Source of the DNA: Botryllus schlosseri
Lineage: Eukaryota
DNA: 64,000 nt
Assembly (NCBI GenBank): GCA_051294905.1
Contig: CM119372.1
Location: forward strand, 15,068,001-15,132,000
Reading direction: 5' to 3'
A program made the position numbers and the translations under genes. Positions 27,201 through 40,001 of this stretch are shown here, in pieces (within the stretch, counting starts at the first letter, position 1; every line of letters starts with the position of its first letter). A model generated the notes under the pieces. That model saw nothing but the letters and a program-made list of their open reading frames with translations. It was not told the DNA's origin and did no database searches.

Positions 27201-28190
27201 ATATGTGACTGGCGGTACTAAACTTGAATATTGCTTTCAGGACTACATTCATTGCAGTAGAATTTATTAACTCAAAGACTATTCTATAGCACATGTATCA
27301 TTTGTATCATACACGATGCAGTCAACCTTGAATAGTACAGGTACTATATATCTCCTACATTGTATATATAGCAACACAAACCCAACTCTCTGCACCATCT
27401 GCATATGTCAGTTTTCGATTTTTTTATAGTTCATGACTGCGTTTCAAAAGTACTTACTTATTGAGTAGTTTTCAAATGCAGCAAATTCTACTTAACTTAG
27501 TTTTGGGCTGCTTCGAAATGCAGAACTTCTACTCGTACTTGAGTAGAATTCTACGTCACTACTACTACTTGAGTACTTTAACCACCTCTGCTTGACCTCT
27601 TGTATAACTATATGCGAATTCCAATTCGTTTAATTGCCATTTATATTTCTGTATTATTCACATAAGATGGAAGAAAATTACTAGTAGATGCATTTCACTT
27701 TGTGTTATATGCTATATTTTATTGCAGTATTAGTTGCAGGCTGGTCACCTAGCAGCCAGCCAGCACTATATGTAAATTTCCATCCTGTTACACTTGCATT
27801 GCCCTGTTTGACAGGTTTTCAACGATATGGCATTTGGGCATTGTTTTGAGGGTGAAATTGCTTCAGTTATTCGGTGCCGAGAAAGCACTTGCAAGAAATG
27901 AAAAGTCAATGTTCAATGCCTGTTTAAACCCCTAAACCTTAACCTTTATGATTTCCGTCGATTCTACGACTCAGTTTCTGGTACTGGAGTTCTGATCAAC
28001 ATTTAGTAGTAATGATTATCACTAGCAAATTCATTTAAGGCAAGGGCTTGATGTGTTTCCTATTCCATGCAATATGTGACATGAAATCTCATTTTCAGGT
28101 GATTTCTTAGTTTGCGGCTTCGATGCATTTGAGAAGGCGAGGACAAGCTATGGTACAGACGAAGATATATTATTTTTGTACCCATCGTAA
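24247..28190 (+). CDS. GUCD1: GUCD1 (guanylyl cyclase domain-containing 1, peptidase C39-like fold), 5 coding exons
   Basis: Exons 24247(or 24265)-24350, 24410-24519, 24918-25126, 25615-25873 and 28099-28190 have GT-AG introns with consistent phases. The translation carries family motifs VPHLKQSSTWDCGIACLSM, SVWTIDLAY, FCTRTIGVDENY, YWGHYVLVIGYD..HDPS and FEKARTSYGTDEDILFLY*. The start is uncertain: in-frame ATG at 24247, or a short upstream exon (MTKT near 23654-23665) spliced to 24265. Confidence 0.92.
26055..26216 (+). mobile_element. Probable 3' fragment of a non-LTR retroelement in GUCD1 intron 4
   Basis: Ends with AATAAA followed by a (CT)n tail. Confidence 0.4.
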
Positions 28191-28356
28191 GACAATCACT
28201 GCTTCATTGAAACCCTTATTTCAAAAATTCAATACTGGCCCAAAACGAAATTCGGGCTTTGTTGGTCTGATCACTCATGCAGTTTCTGAGTCTATGAATG
28301 TATCTGATGCAGTTTAACTCATTTTTCGTACATCATATTTCTGGTACATTGATCAG

Positions 28357-28878
28357 TAGGGCTGGGCACAATGATTCGAGTACTCGAATCTGAATCGTGT
28401 ATCAATTTTAATGATTTGAGTCGAGTAGTAAAAGACGATTTTTTCGAGTACTGGAATTATACGCTTCTCACCACTGAAAGTTAATGTATCAACGAGAATT
28501 ATAGTTTCTATACTAATTTTCACTATTGCAGCCTTGAAACCTTGCTTGGCGGTATCGTAGCATACGAAACATACAGTACAAAGCTACGTAGGTTAGTGGT
28601 CGTAGCACATTTCAGAAGTCACGATTATCCCACAACTGGCGCAACATTGTCACCTAATGGAGTGAAATCGGTATGGTAGAAAAATACCAAAGTATCTTTT
28701 ATGAGATGGGTAACAGGCATTATATTCTTTTTGGTGGAATAAACGGTACATATTTGAACTTTGACGTACCGTATTACATTCTATTCTGCCGTCATAATGA
28801 GTGATACTCGGCTCGACTCGAAGGATATTGCGTGATTCAGAATCGAATCACTCAGGTACTCGATTTTGCGCATCCCTT
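28357..28878. mobile_element. hAT (Ac-like) MITE, TAGGGCTGGGC family
   Basis: TSD TTGATCAG/TCGATCAG and TCGAGT/ACTCGA subterminal motifs. Full-length inverted copy at 55443-55957; degenerate copy at ~54175-54542. Confidence 0.85.
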
Positions 28879-29342
28879 TCGATCAGTGCTTCTCAAACTT
28901 TTTCCGATTTTTTCACTGCACTGCGCACCGCACAGCTGACTGTTAAATGAATTATTTTTCCCAATGTCTAGGTATATATTAGTTATTGGCGTTATACTAT
29001 ACTGTAGCGCCAATGAATCGCGAAGAAATACATATTTTATTGAGATAGATGTTATTGTTTCGTCTGCACAATCGTGGTAAAACATTAGGCTACAGTTCAG
29101 CGGAGATCATGTCCGGATGGCTAAAGGCCCATTCACACATGCACGGTTCCCGGCCACGATTTTGCCGTGCGGTTTTCCATCGTACAGTTAACATTTTCTT
29201 CCGTATTTAATTGCGATGAATCCGTACATTATGTATTGTGGATTAAAGTTTCGTTTCAGCATGGTTAAAGTCCATCCTGATCACTGTATTTAGGATACTG
29301 ATGAATTTGTCTGTTAACCAATCTCGCCAGTAGACTAAAAAC

Positions 29343-30185
29343 CAGTGTTGGGATCAAGTCACTACCTTCGAGTCACGAGTCATTTCGAGTCATTGCACAT
29401 TTTGACTCAAGTCAAGTCAAGTCAAGTCACGAGTCAAGTCAAGTTGCCTTTTAGAAGTATGAAGCATGATTAAGTCATTGCATTTCGCTAGGTCTCTGAA
29501 TAGCAGATTGATTGGTCATTGATTCTGAACCGATGAACAAATATAGAGTTGAATATACATGCAATAAGGGGTTGTATCGCTCACATAAACGTAGAACTGT
29601 TGAACTACGTATGCAATTGCATTGCCTCATTTTATAGTTACCAGCCAAGATAGAGAATTGAGAAACGAATTGATAAGATGCAATACAGTACCCATTTATA
29701 CATATTGATATGATATGATACAATTTGATACAATTCGAGTCTGCGCCAATGGTTGAGGAGTATATAAACTATATTCGATTACCATTTCAATCAAACAAGA
29801 GGTTCGGTTAAGGTAAGAACAAAGAACACAAATATATATTTTGCTATTAAATTACTTTAATACTAGTTTACGACAACGTAAGCTGTAGCTTCGATCACTT
29901 CGTTTGTGAGAGAATATTGGGGGCTCAGTAATTAATGATCGGTCGCTCGCTCTCATGGGTTACACAAAAGTTTAGCGAACAAAATGCAAGATAAGGTGAT
30001 TTTTACTTGATGACTTGAAATTGACTCGTGAATTTTGCTCCGAGTCACGAGTCAATCCACATTTCTGATACGCCGAGTCAAGTCAAGTCATTTTAGCAAA
30101 GTGACTCGAGTTAAGTCAAGTCATACGAAAAAGGTGACTCGAGTCTGACTCGAGTCAAGTCATGACTCGAGTCATCCCAACACTG
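29343..30185. mobile_element. hAT MITE, CAGTGTTGGG family
   Basis: TIRs CAGTGTTGGGAT / ATCCCAACACTG, perfect TSD CTAAAAAC, dense AAGTC/GAGTC subterminal repeats. Confidence 0.92.
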
Positions 30186-31144
30186 CTAAAAACAATTAAA
30201 AAGCACCGAAATCTTCGCTTGCCGCGCTAAAAGCTCTTGCCTGCCACAGTTTAAGAGCGGACGACAAATACGAGCCAGTTTCGTGCAACTAGTGGAAGAT
30301 CACAAAAGGTTCCCGGATTCCGAAAATTAATCGTTGCACATACGGAACTTGCGTGGAGGCCTAGATTCTCGAGATATTCTATCTCGTTCCATGATTTATG
30401 TGAAATCCATCTGTGATTGAATGGTACAACGACATCTTTTAGATATTAAATCTTGTGAAATGGTGATCAGCTTTAGTGACATATGATTTCTAAGGCACTG
30501 TGCGGAATTGAAGTGGTGTCCTGATCTTAAAAGATTGGCGAGAGCAAAGTTCTTCAGAATTATGTGCCGTGCCAGCGATAGAAACAATCTTATCTATAAC
30601 AGGGTAACGCATTATCAAAGCAGGCGGTATTCCCTCTACCCAACGCGCTAACAATTATAGCCAAATTCATTTCCGATGGACAGTCACCTGATGCAAGTAA
30701 TTAACGTATGATGAAACAAAGCAAGGGAAAAACGTTTTAAACTTATAAGCAGAGGTGGTCAAAGTACCGACACAGAAGTATTCTCAAGAAGTATAGTGAT
30801 CTTTGAAACAGGCCGAAATTACTTGGAAGTAGAATTTGCTGTATTTGGAAACTACTCAAGTAAGTAGGCTAAGTAGTTTTGGAAAGCAGTCATGACTACG
30901 CTTTTATGGATCATAAAAACCTGGAAACTGACATGCGGACGGTGCAGAGATATTGGTTTGTGTTGCTATAATAGGCTACATTGCGCGAGATGGCTATATT
31001 TTCTACCTACAGCATCGGAATTCGACCGCCTCATATCATACAAATGATAGATTTGCTATAGAGCAATAGTTCCATGGCTTTTTTCACCCCAATGCCCCCT
31101 TTCAGAATATGTGACAATATCAATAAGTCGCCATCCCTTTACAG

Positions 31145-33873
31145 CAGTGGTTCCCAACCTTTTTGTCTTCATTCCACTCTTCAGATTTATTCCGAGCCTT
31201 CATTCCCCACCAGGACCGTAACAGCACTTCGTCAGTCCCGCCCAAAAAACCGTTGATCAGGGGCCCCCAGTGATAAAGCTAACTTTTGAGCCCCGCTGAG
31301 CGTGTACGCTTTTCCCCCCTACTTATCAGCGACATTGGGTATGCTGTTTAGTGCGTCGCCTTATTTTGACTAAACGCGTGATGCGCGAAAAATTTATATC
31401 GTTCGTGTTTGAATCGGTAAATATGATCGGGAATTGCATACATTTTGTTACCAATTTTTTTTTGTCCCCTCTCTGCTCACGTAATCAGATTTACCGGTAG
31501 AGCTGAGAGAGGTGTGTTGGAAAATGTAGGTCCCCTAAATAAGTATTAATCATTTTCAGGCGGACTCGTTGGTATATTGACTTCATTACATTATGCTATT
31601 TCAAGACTTCCTATATCTGCTATGTCAAAAGATATGGAAATCGCCTAAACTAAAAGGCACACACGATTTCAAATTGGTATTGCTTTACTGGCAAATAATT
31701 TTTCCCTGCGGGATGGCATTTGCCCTGTGGGGTTCAGATCGCCAGGACAGGAACATTCGGCGCCAGCCATCTAGCCGCCTATGGAATTTTAAACATATAT
31801 GTATATTGTATATATATCGAAGTTTTCGGTCACCACAAGGCAATTCCTTCTCGGCCAAGGTCTTCCCGCTGCTGATCGTTCTGGTACACTTCTCGGAGTT
31901 GCATGTGAGATGGCCTTGGTGCGTCGCGGCGCAGGAATGGCCGACGCCGAAGTCTCCATTTCTATAAATTCTACGTATTCTCGTGGGAGAAGTGTACCGA
32001 ATTATCAGATATTCGGCAATATTAAATCGCGCCCCTAGCGCGAAAATTTTTTGATCAAGTGGCATAAATTTCCAAAAAAATACTCTAATTTATGTTAATT
32101 CACGAAAAAATTTTCGGCCTCTTCGAGAACGCCCCACTACGATCCTGCTCCCCACTACCAGGGCCGTAACAGCACTTCGCCAGGCCCCCGAAAAAACTTT
32201 GGTCTTGGCCCCCCATATGATGATAAACCGAACTTCTGGGGGGCTTTGCCCCCCAGACCCTCCTCAGGCTGTATCCTGCACGCCGTTAACCGCTACTTAT
32301 CAACTTACATGGGGCTCCGTTGACTGCATGGGTACGCTTTTCTCGCCTAAACGCGCGAAGCGCGAAAAAAATTCTGTAATTCATGATTGAATCGGTAAAT
32401 ATGATCGGGAATTGCATATGTATTGCTATCAATTTTTACCCTCTCTCTGCTCACCTAATCAGATTTACATGTAGAGCTGAGTGAGGCGTGTTTGAATAGG
32501 TAGGACCCCTCAATAATAATTAAACATCTTCGAGCGTATACCCATTGACAGGAATGAAACAGCACTTTGTTAGGCCCCTAAAAAATCTTGGGTCTTGGGC
32601 TCCCATAGGGTGATAAACCGACCCCCAATGACGTTCGCTTTGCCACGAAATTAGTGGTACTGTTTAGTGAGCCAGCGCCAAGCGCGAAAATTTCGATAAT
32701 TCATGATAAAATCGGTCAATAAGATCGGGAATTGCATATATATTGCTATCAATTTCTTGTCCTCTCTGCTCACGTAATCAGATTTACCGGAAGAGCTGAG
32801 TGAGGTGTCTTGGAAACTGTAGGGCCCGTTGGTATGACTCCGTAACATAATGTTATTTCGTGACCTCCTGTCTGCTTTCAAAAAATATAGAATCGCCCAA
32901 AACGTAGGCTACTAAACTAAAAGACACACACGATTTCAAATTGGTATTTCTTCACTGGTATATAATTTTCCCCTGCGGGATGGTATTTGTCTTGTGAGGT
33001 TCAGATTGCCAAGACAGGAACATTCGGCGCCAGTCATTTAGACGCCTTTGGACAATTAAACCTACATGTATTTTGTATATATAACGAAGTTTTCGGTCAG
33101 CATAAGGGCGGTCCTTTTCGGCCAAGGTTTTCTCACTGCCGATCGTTCTAGCACATTTCTTGGAGTCGCATGTCACATGGCCTGAAACTTTATATGTCTT
33201 GGTACATCGTGGCGCGATAATGACCAACGCAGATATGCCCATTTCGATAAATCTTGCTCATTTTTTTGGGAGGGCAAGAGTACTCCAAAATCAAGATATG
33301 TGGCAACTCGAAATCGCGCGCAGCGCGAAAAAATTTTGAAAAAGTTGCATAAATTTTCAAATAATACTCTATAATTTATGCTAATACACGAAAAAATTTT
33401 GGGCCCCCTTCGAGCTCGGGCCCCCCCAATTGGGGGGTTTGGGGTGCGGCAGTTACGGTGCTGCCCACTACCCAGCACTTTTGTCATCACAGAGCAGCTA
33501 TCTGCTGGTTTGACTACGCAAGACACACGACCACACCAGTACGCAAGACAATCACCTTTAACTGCAACATATAACGTATTGTGAACCGATACCAGTAACG
33601 CTCAAAAGTTCGCGATTCAAGCGTTATTCCACGTCAAACTAGTCGTGCTGGATGCGTTTGTGACGCCATCATTGGCTATCCAGAGTTAAAAATGAGGTTT
33701 TGAGAACACCACGCAATATAATTTTCGATACATACATTCCAGAGCAGTTAACTGGTAACGGTAATTGCGCATGTGTCTCCGTTAATATGTAGACTGTCCT
33801 GTATCTAATTTTGAACAAATGCGTCTATTCCCCACCAGAAACCATTGAATTCCCCACCGTTTGGGAACCACTG
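31145..33873. mobile_element. Charlie-type MITE hosting two nested CAGG(A/G)CCGTAAC elements
   Basis: TIRs CAGTGGTTCCCAA / TTGGGAACCACTG and perfect TSD CTTTACAG. Nested copies at 31211-32147 (TSD TTCCCCAC/CTCCCCAC) and 32159-33463 (TSD CCCACTAC). Confidence 0.88.
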
Positions 33874-34191
33874 CTTTACAGCGCCCAAGAGCGATACGAG
33901 TAGCTTGTACCGGATACTACATGAATACTTCGCGCAGTTAGGAAGGCAACTGAAAATAGGGAAGTTGTATAATTCTAAATGTTTTGCTGAATACTATTTT
34001 CTGCGAGGAAACTGTCATATAGGCGACTATGCGGCCTGGTATTGCGTAGGCCTACATGTTCCGCGTCGCCCCCAATCCACACCAATTTGCCTGTTGTGCT
34101 TATTGGAGAGGAATAAATCGTACAGACAGAATGATTGACTGACTGACATGAACCACGCAACTACTACATATACATTATATATTGACTAGGG

Positions 34192-36481
34192 CAGTGCTTT
34201 TCAACCTGATTGACGGTTCGCACTTGTGCAAATGAAAAAAATGGTAGTGCGAGTGACGCAGGTGGTGCGAATGAAAATCCGGAATGAGTGCGAATGAAAA
34301 TCGTAAATAAATGTTCATTTTTCTGACGTGGAATCATTCAAATGAACCTAATAGGAAATTCAAGGGCAGTGTAACTTTTGTAGTTGCGACGCGATTGGAA
34401 AAACTTCTTTCGTTGACGACGCACAACTAATCGTAGCTCTCACAAGCCATAGTGAATTAATATTTTTGCACTATAATTATTATGTAACCAAAAGCCAGTG
34501 GTAGCTAGTGTAGTGGCAGACATACAGTATATCAGCCCGTCCGAGCCTGCGAAAGGCTGAAAAATGACGTCAAATTAACTTTCTGCTTTCTTTCGCTAAA
34601 CAATCATCATATTTTCTTAATAACTGTTCGATTAGCGCGAGGCACGAGGATGGTAGTAAATACCATCATCACAGACTCACATTTGCAAGTTACTGTAAAG
34701 CAAATTTCAACCCCTTCAGGGGTTAATAAAGTAAGAAACACAAAGGGTATGAGTTTGGGTCGACACGGTGCCAGAGCTATCTGTTAATACGGTGAATCCC
34801 AACGTGGGCGATATCGCCCCCCCAGGGGGCGATTTGGCGGCCTAGGGGGCGAAAATGATGAAGGGGGCGAAAATGGTCAAAGGGGGCGACAGGGGGCGAA
34901 AATAGCGAAGGGGGAGATAGGGGGGCGATGACGCGTTAAAACGGCTATATTGGAGTCAATTCGGAGAAATGACCTTTTTTTTTTGTCAACCCACGGAAAT
35001 TTGGTTGCAAAAGTGTAAAAAATTCGACAACGTTCCGAAAAGTTGACCTTTTTTTAGTCAACCCGCCGATGACTACAGATTGTATACCGATTTTTCGGTT
35101 CACAAAATCTGGGGGGCGATGATCGGCGTTGAGCTTGAAAAGGGGGCGATGAGTCGAAAAAGGTTGGGAACCACTGTGTTAATATCTGTGAAATACTTGT
35201 TGAATGTATTGCAACAAATCCTCCGATAGTTTTTAGATATCCAAGGCCACTGTTTTGGGTAATGTAGCCAATTAGCGTGACACGCAGAAAATATGGCTTT
35301 ATCAGTGAGAATTCATGATAAGATTTGTCCGACTGGTTTTCTGGAAAACTTGGTCGAAGACCGTTGGCATGTGCAACGAGCGAGTTCAGGCCTATGAGAC
35401 TCATTCACTTCGAGGCCAACCCCTTTTGCGTCGGGACACATGAAGACGTAAAGTTTTGGCCAACAAACCGCTGATAAAATGCGGTGCCAAAAACATAAGC
35501 GGCGACAAAACCTTGGCTAAAAAATGACCGATGCTGGATAGCCAAACCTTTCAAAGTGGATATGCTCCGTTGTCGGTACGAAATAGTCCCGTTCTTGCAG
35601 TCTGAATAGACAGTAGTAGCCTACAACTGCGACGCGCAGAGGAATTTAATTGACCCGAATTTGAAATCGTGTGCGTCAGAAATGTTTTGTACAGCTGTGT
35701 TGGATAGAATTGTGGTGTGCGCGCTCGGCATGTCATACATGTCCGTAAAATCGTAGCATAGAACTGTAATATTAAAAATGAATTCTTCTCATGGGTGAGG
35801 CTCGGGTCGCGAGATGCCAGAAAAACTCAGATTTTGGTGGTAGTCTATAAAGCTGCTTTATCGTTATTAAAGTTAAACTGTTATGAAAACTCGAGTTAGA
35901 TTAAGCCAAATAGCAGAACACACAGTATCGTGAGTTTATTTTCTCTTTTCGTAAACTCACGAGACAGAAGTTGGAGCAACGTATCATAAGGTAGCGAGCT
36001 CTGTTGTGCCTTTTCTTCTTGATCGTTTTGGACCTTATTTTCCAAGACATAAGGCAAAAGCCTCAACACAAACATTTCGGTTTTTCACCCTTTCGACAAA
36101 CTGCATGGAGCATCCGGGACCTTTGTGTCAGCTCTCAAAAACGATTTCCGCCAGCAAGTATTTTTCACTCGCAAAAAATACGCTGTATTTTGGATAGGAG
36201 TGCAGAACAGATTTTGAGACCTGGCCATCCAAGCACTAGTAGACGTCCTTGTACAAAACCCAACAACTTGTTTGGCCGAGAAGGGTTTTAGTGAAAGAGT
36301 TGAAATCAAAGCGAGCGAAAATAAGTTGCTTTTTTAATGAGACACTTGATAGCTTAAGCTACATAGTGGCCAATTTGTTGCACATCTGAGCAAAATGTTG
36401 TCAAGTATCTTCATCTTCTTTATGTATAACAATTTTCGATTAGTTTGTGCGAATGGAGCACAGAAAGGTTGTAAAGCACTG
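34192..36481 (+). mobile_element. 2.3-kb hAT derivative with possible decayed transposase N-terminus and a nested MITE
   Basis: TIRs CAGTGCTTTTCAACCT / AGGTTGTAAAGCACTG and perfect TSD GACTAGGG. Frameshifted fragments at ~36050-36400 (KHFGF, EHPGPLCQLSKTIS, SYIVANL) are weakly reminiscent of Buster-type N-termini. Nested MITE 34790-35176 has TSD TGTTAATA. Confidence 0.8.
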
Positions 36482-36484
36482 GAC

Positions 36485-36895
36485 TAGGGTTACCATATTT
36501 TGAAATCGGGAAAGGAGAACACTTTTTCAAATTCAGAATTCGGACTAAAATGGTCAATTTTTCCCACTTCGTGGTCGGTTGACTAAAAAAAGGTCAACTT
36601 TCTCGCTCAGCGCCCAAAATTCAATTTTCTCCATCACGTTTACAGGTGGTTGACTAAAAAATAAATAAATAAAAAAAGGTCAACTTTCCGGCTCAGCTCC
36701 CGAAATACCCGCCGAAGCGTACTTCGGTGCTGATTTAAGGTATTTCAGTCCAAGTAGACAGTAAATTTGACCAAAATTCTGAAAAAAGAGTACAGAATCT
36801 CAAAAAGGAGGACATTTAGGCGTCCTCGGAGGACATTTTCAAAACCCGAAAAAAGAGGACAAATCCTCCTAAAGGAGGACGTATGGTTAACCCTA
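36485..36895. mobile_element. hAT MITE, TAGGGTTACCATA family
   Basis: Same TIR and body as 21573-21978. Its TSD ATATTGAC is at 36896-36903 and, displaced by a later insertion, at 34179-34186. Confidence 0.88.
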
Positions 36896-37790
36896 ATATT
36901 GACAGAAGCTGCTACGCGAAGCATGGCGAAAACTATGGATTCCGAGTTTATTCGTCTGATTTCTCTCTCCTATTGAAAGAACATAATAATGTTACTTGTC
37001 AAACTGTAAAAGGCGAAAAATAAGTATGAGTAAGTCACAAAGTATTGCGAAGTAGCGGAAAATTTGATTTACTTCATGTAGTGCAATTAGAGAAACTACT
37101 TGCATGAGTACTTCGAAAAAGTATAGAATTACTTCGTTACCGACCGAATCTGCGTGATGATATGATATTTGTGACAGTTGGTCAACCCTGGACAACCATT
37201 ATGCAGATATGAGCATGCGACAAATAAGCATGACACAGTTGCTGGGTATGGAGTTTGGATCAGGTTGATTTTGGAGTAGAAAGTCGCATGCTCAAGTCAG
37301 GGAGTTCTATATATCCATGGCTCAAGTATCGCATTCTCAACTGTCATTTATAATTGTGATCATCATCATTTATCATCGCATGCTCAATTGCTCATATCCC
37401 TCGGGTACCATATCATATGGCCGGCCAAATTAGCAGAAACTAAAGGCAGGTGGAAATAAAACAAATAATTAGCATAGCCTACATATAGTTAAAACTCCGT
37501 TTAGTTCTACGAATCTTATAGTTTCCGCACTTCAACTAAACACACGGCACACTTTGCAAAGAAACACACTTCGTCAGTGTGACCATATGCAATCGATTTC
37601 GTACTGTGCATTGTCTAACTTGTGCATTGTGCATGAGTTAAATTAGATTTGTGCCTACACCTATACAAACAAAAGTGAAATGATTCACAGCCAAGTCTGT
37701 GGGGAGTCGAACAAATTTCAACTCGGCTCCACTCTCAACTCTCGTAACATTCAATTGCTGATCTGGCTCCGACTCATCAGTGGTCCCGAC

Positions 37791-39575
37791 CAGACATGGG
37801 GTAATCGTGATCAGTAATCGTAATCGATTACGACGATTACAGCATTTCCAAGTAATCGTAATCGCAATCGATTACATTCGAAAAAAAACCGAAGTAATCG
37901 TAATCGTAATCGACTACTTCACATATCTAATCGATTTCTTAGTGAAAGAACGATTACTTTTCATTTGTGCAATGCCCATGATATAAACCGAACAATGAAC
38001 ATTCATGAGCAACGAAGAGTGTGATTTAAAACATGTTTTGGATAGCAGAAATGTCGGGTTTTCAAACGCCTCTATACTCATTATTGCGTCACAAGTATAA
38101 GCATGGTTCTTGATTGCGTAACGAATTATCCGCACGTAGTAAATAGATATTCGATGTAAATAATGTAGTACTTTGATTGTAATAACACCCGCTGTGGATT
38201 ATGTCACTGCACTGATTATTACACTGCACACGCCACTACCTCGCAGCAGGATAATAATCACCACTCGGCCTAGTTTCGAATAGTAACGTATATGTACAAA
38301 TTGTGCATTGTACAATGTATTGATGTTTTGTTATGCTTAGGTAAACGCAATCTGACCGTAGCTGATTGGCGAGCGGTAGGCCTGTATACAATGGACAACG
38401 ATTTGAAATTTTGTACCCGTCGGCCGTCAAATTAAACATGACAATTTCTACATCGAAGCATTAAAAACCAGGCTGCTGATAAAAAAATCATAACCGAGCC
38501 GTTATTTTCCGTTACTCGTATAACGGCAGATCGAAATATCTGTATTAAGTGGATTGCAGTCAGAAGTTGATGTTTACCTTATCATATTCTCATACGGCCC
38601 TACTTAAAACGGGCAACAATTGTTCTTTCGCAATTTTATGCTCATCATTCGGATATGCCACTAGCCATCCGCTTACACACCATGCTAGCGTGGATTTCAG
38701 CTAGAATCAGTACTGAATCAGCACTTCGCCACCGCCATTCTCACAAATGGTGATCTTGGGCTCCCCATAAGGCGATCAATGAAACTTGTGGCAGGCGAAG
38801 TCCCCAGACCCCCCTTAAGGGCTGGGCTTTTCACAAGAACTGGAAAACACGATTTGATGCGATGGATCCGCTGTGCATTTGCTGTCAAGTCGCGCCAAGC
38901 GCGAATATTTAGGCACATAATTTACGACTAAAACTTTGTTGTATGCTGTTAACTCGTGACCTCCTGTCTGCCATATAGTCAACAGATATTGAAGTCGCCC
39001 AAAAGTAGCAGACGAAAAGAAAACTAAACGAAAAACTTTCGTGAGACGCACCCAAAAATTGTCATTTATGCACGTGACTCATCATTTTCCTCGGTGAGTG
39101 CCTCCGGTGACATTTGTATTGTGGGGCTGAGAGTGAGAAGACTATTCTTCGCGACCATCCAGCGCGGCTATGGACAATGAATGGACAAATACACAATGTT
39201 TCGGCCAATGTAGCATGTCTTGGGCCCTTGGGGTGTTGCGGCGCGGTATTGGCTGGCACCGAAATGCCTATTTCTGTGTGAATCATGCAATGGCAAATTA
39301 TGTCATACACTGGAAATGACGTCATTATGTCTCATTTAAAATAAAGACCTTCTCTCATGAGGTCTTTTCATCGCATTGTTGTCTTCCAAAGATAAATTCT
39401 CAGAAGCAAAATGAATGTAATCGTGAGTAATCGTGATTACTTTTCCAAAGTAATCGTAATCGTAATCGACTACACGCGGATTTTGCTGTAATCGTAATCG
39501 TAATCGTAATCGCGTGATTCATGAGTAATCATAATCGCAATCGATTACATTCTTGAAGTAATCACCCCATGTCTG
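37791..39575. mobile_element. 1.8-kb non-autonomous hAT element
   Basis: TIRs CAGACATGGGGT / ACCCCATGTCTG, perfect TSD GTCCCGAC, GTAATC/GATTAC subterminal arrays. Confidence 0.92.
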
Positions 39576-39616
39576 GTCCCGACTCGCCGTAGTCATGGTT
39601 GATATGTTTGGTTTAA

Positions 39617-40001
39617 CAGTGGTTCCCAACCTTTTTCGACTAATCGCCCCCTGAATAACCTCGACACAAATTTTCACCCCCCCCCCAATATTTACGGAAC
39701 CGAAAAAGAGGACATGTAATCGGGAAAATATTTTACCCAAGTCTGATCACTATTGAATTTACTGAAGAAAGGCCATTTATCCGATGTAGTAAGTGCTCGG
39801 AAAACTTGTTACCACGTCCATATTTTCCCTTGAGTTGACCTTTTCTCACGTCATATGCAGAGCAAGTCGCGTTAATTAAATATATCTCACCGGACGTTCT
39901 ATCATTTTCGACCCCCAGTCGCCCCCTTTGGTATTTTCTCCCCCTTGTTTCTCAACCCCCCCCCCCTGGGGGGGCGATATCGCCCACGTTGGGAACCACT
40001 C
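39617..40001. mobile_element. Charlie-type MITE with TCGCCCC subterminal repeats
   Basis: CAGTGGTTCCCAACC...GTTGGGAACCACT. Inverted relative of 34790-35176. Confidence 0.75.
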
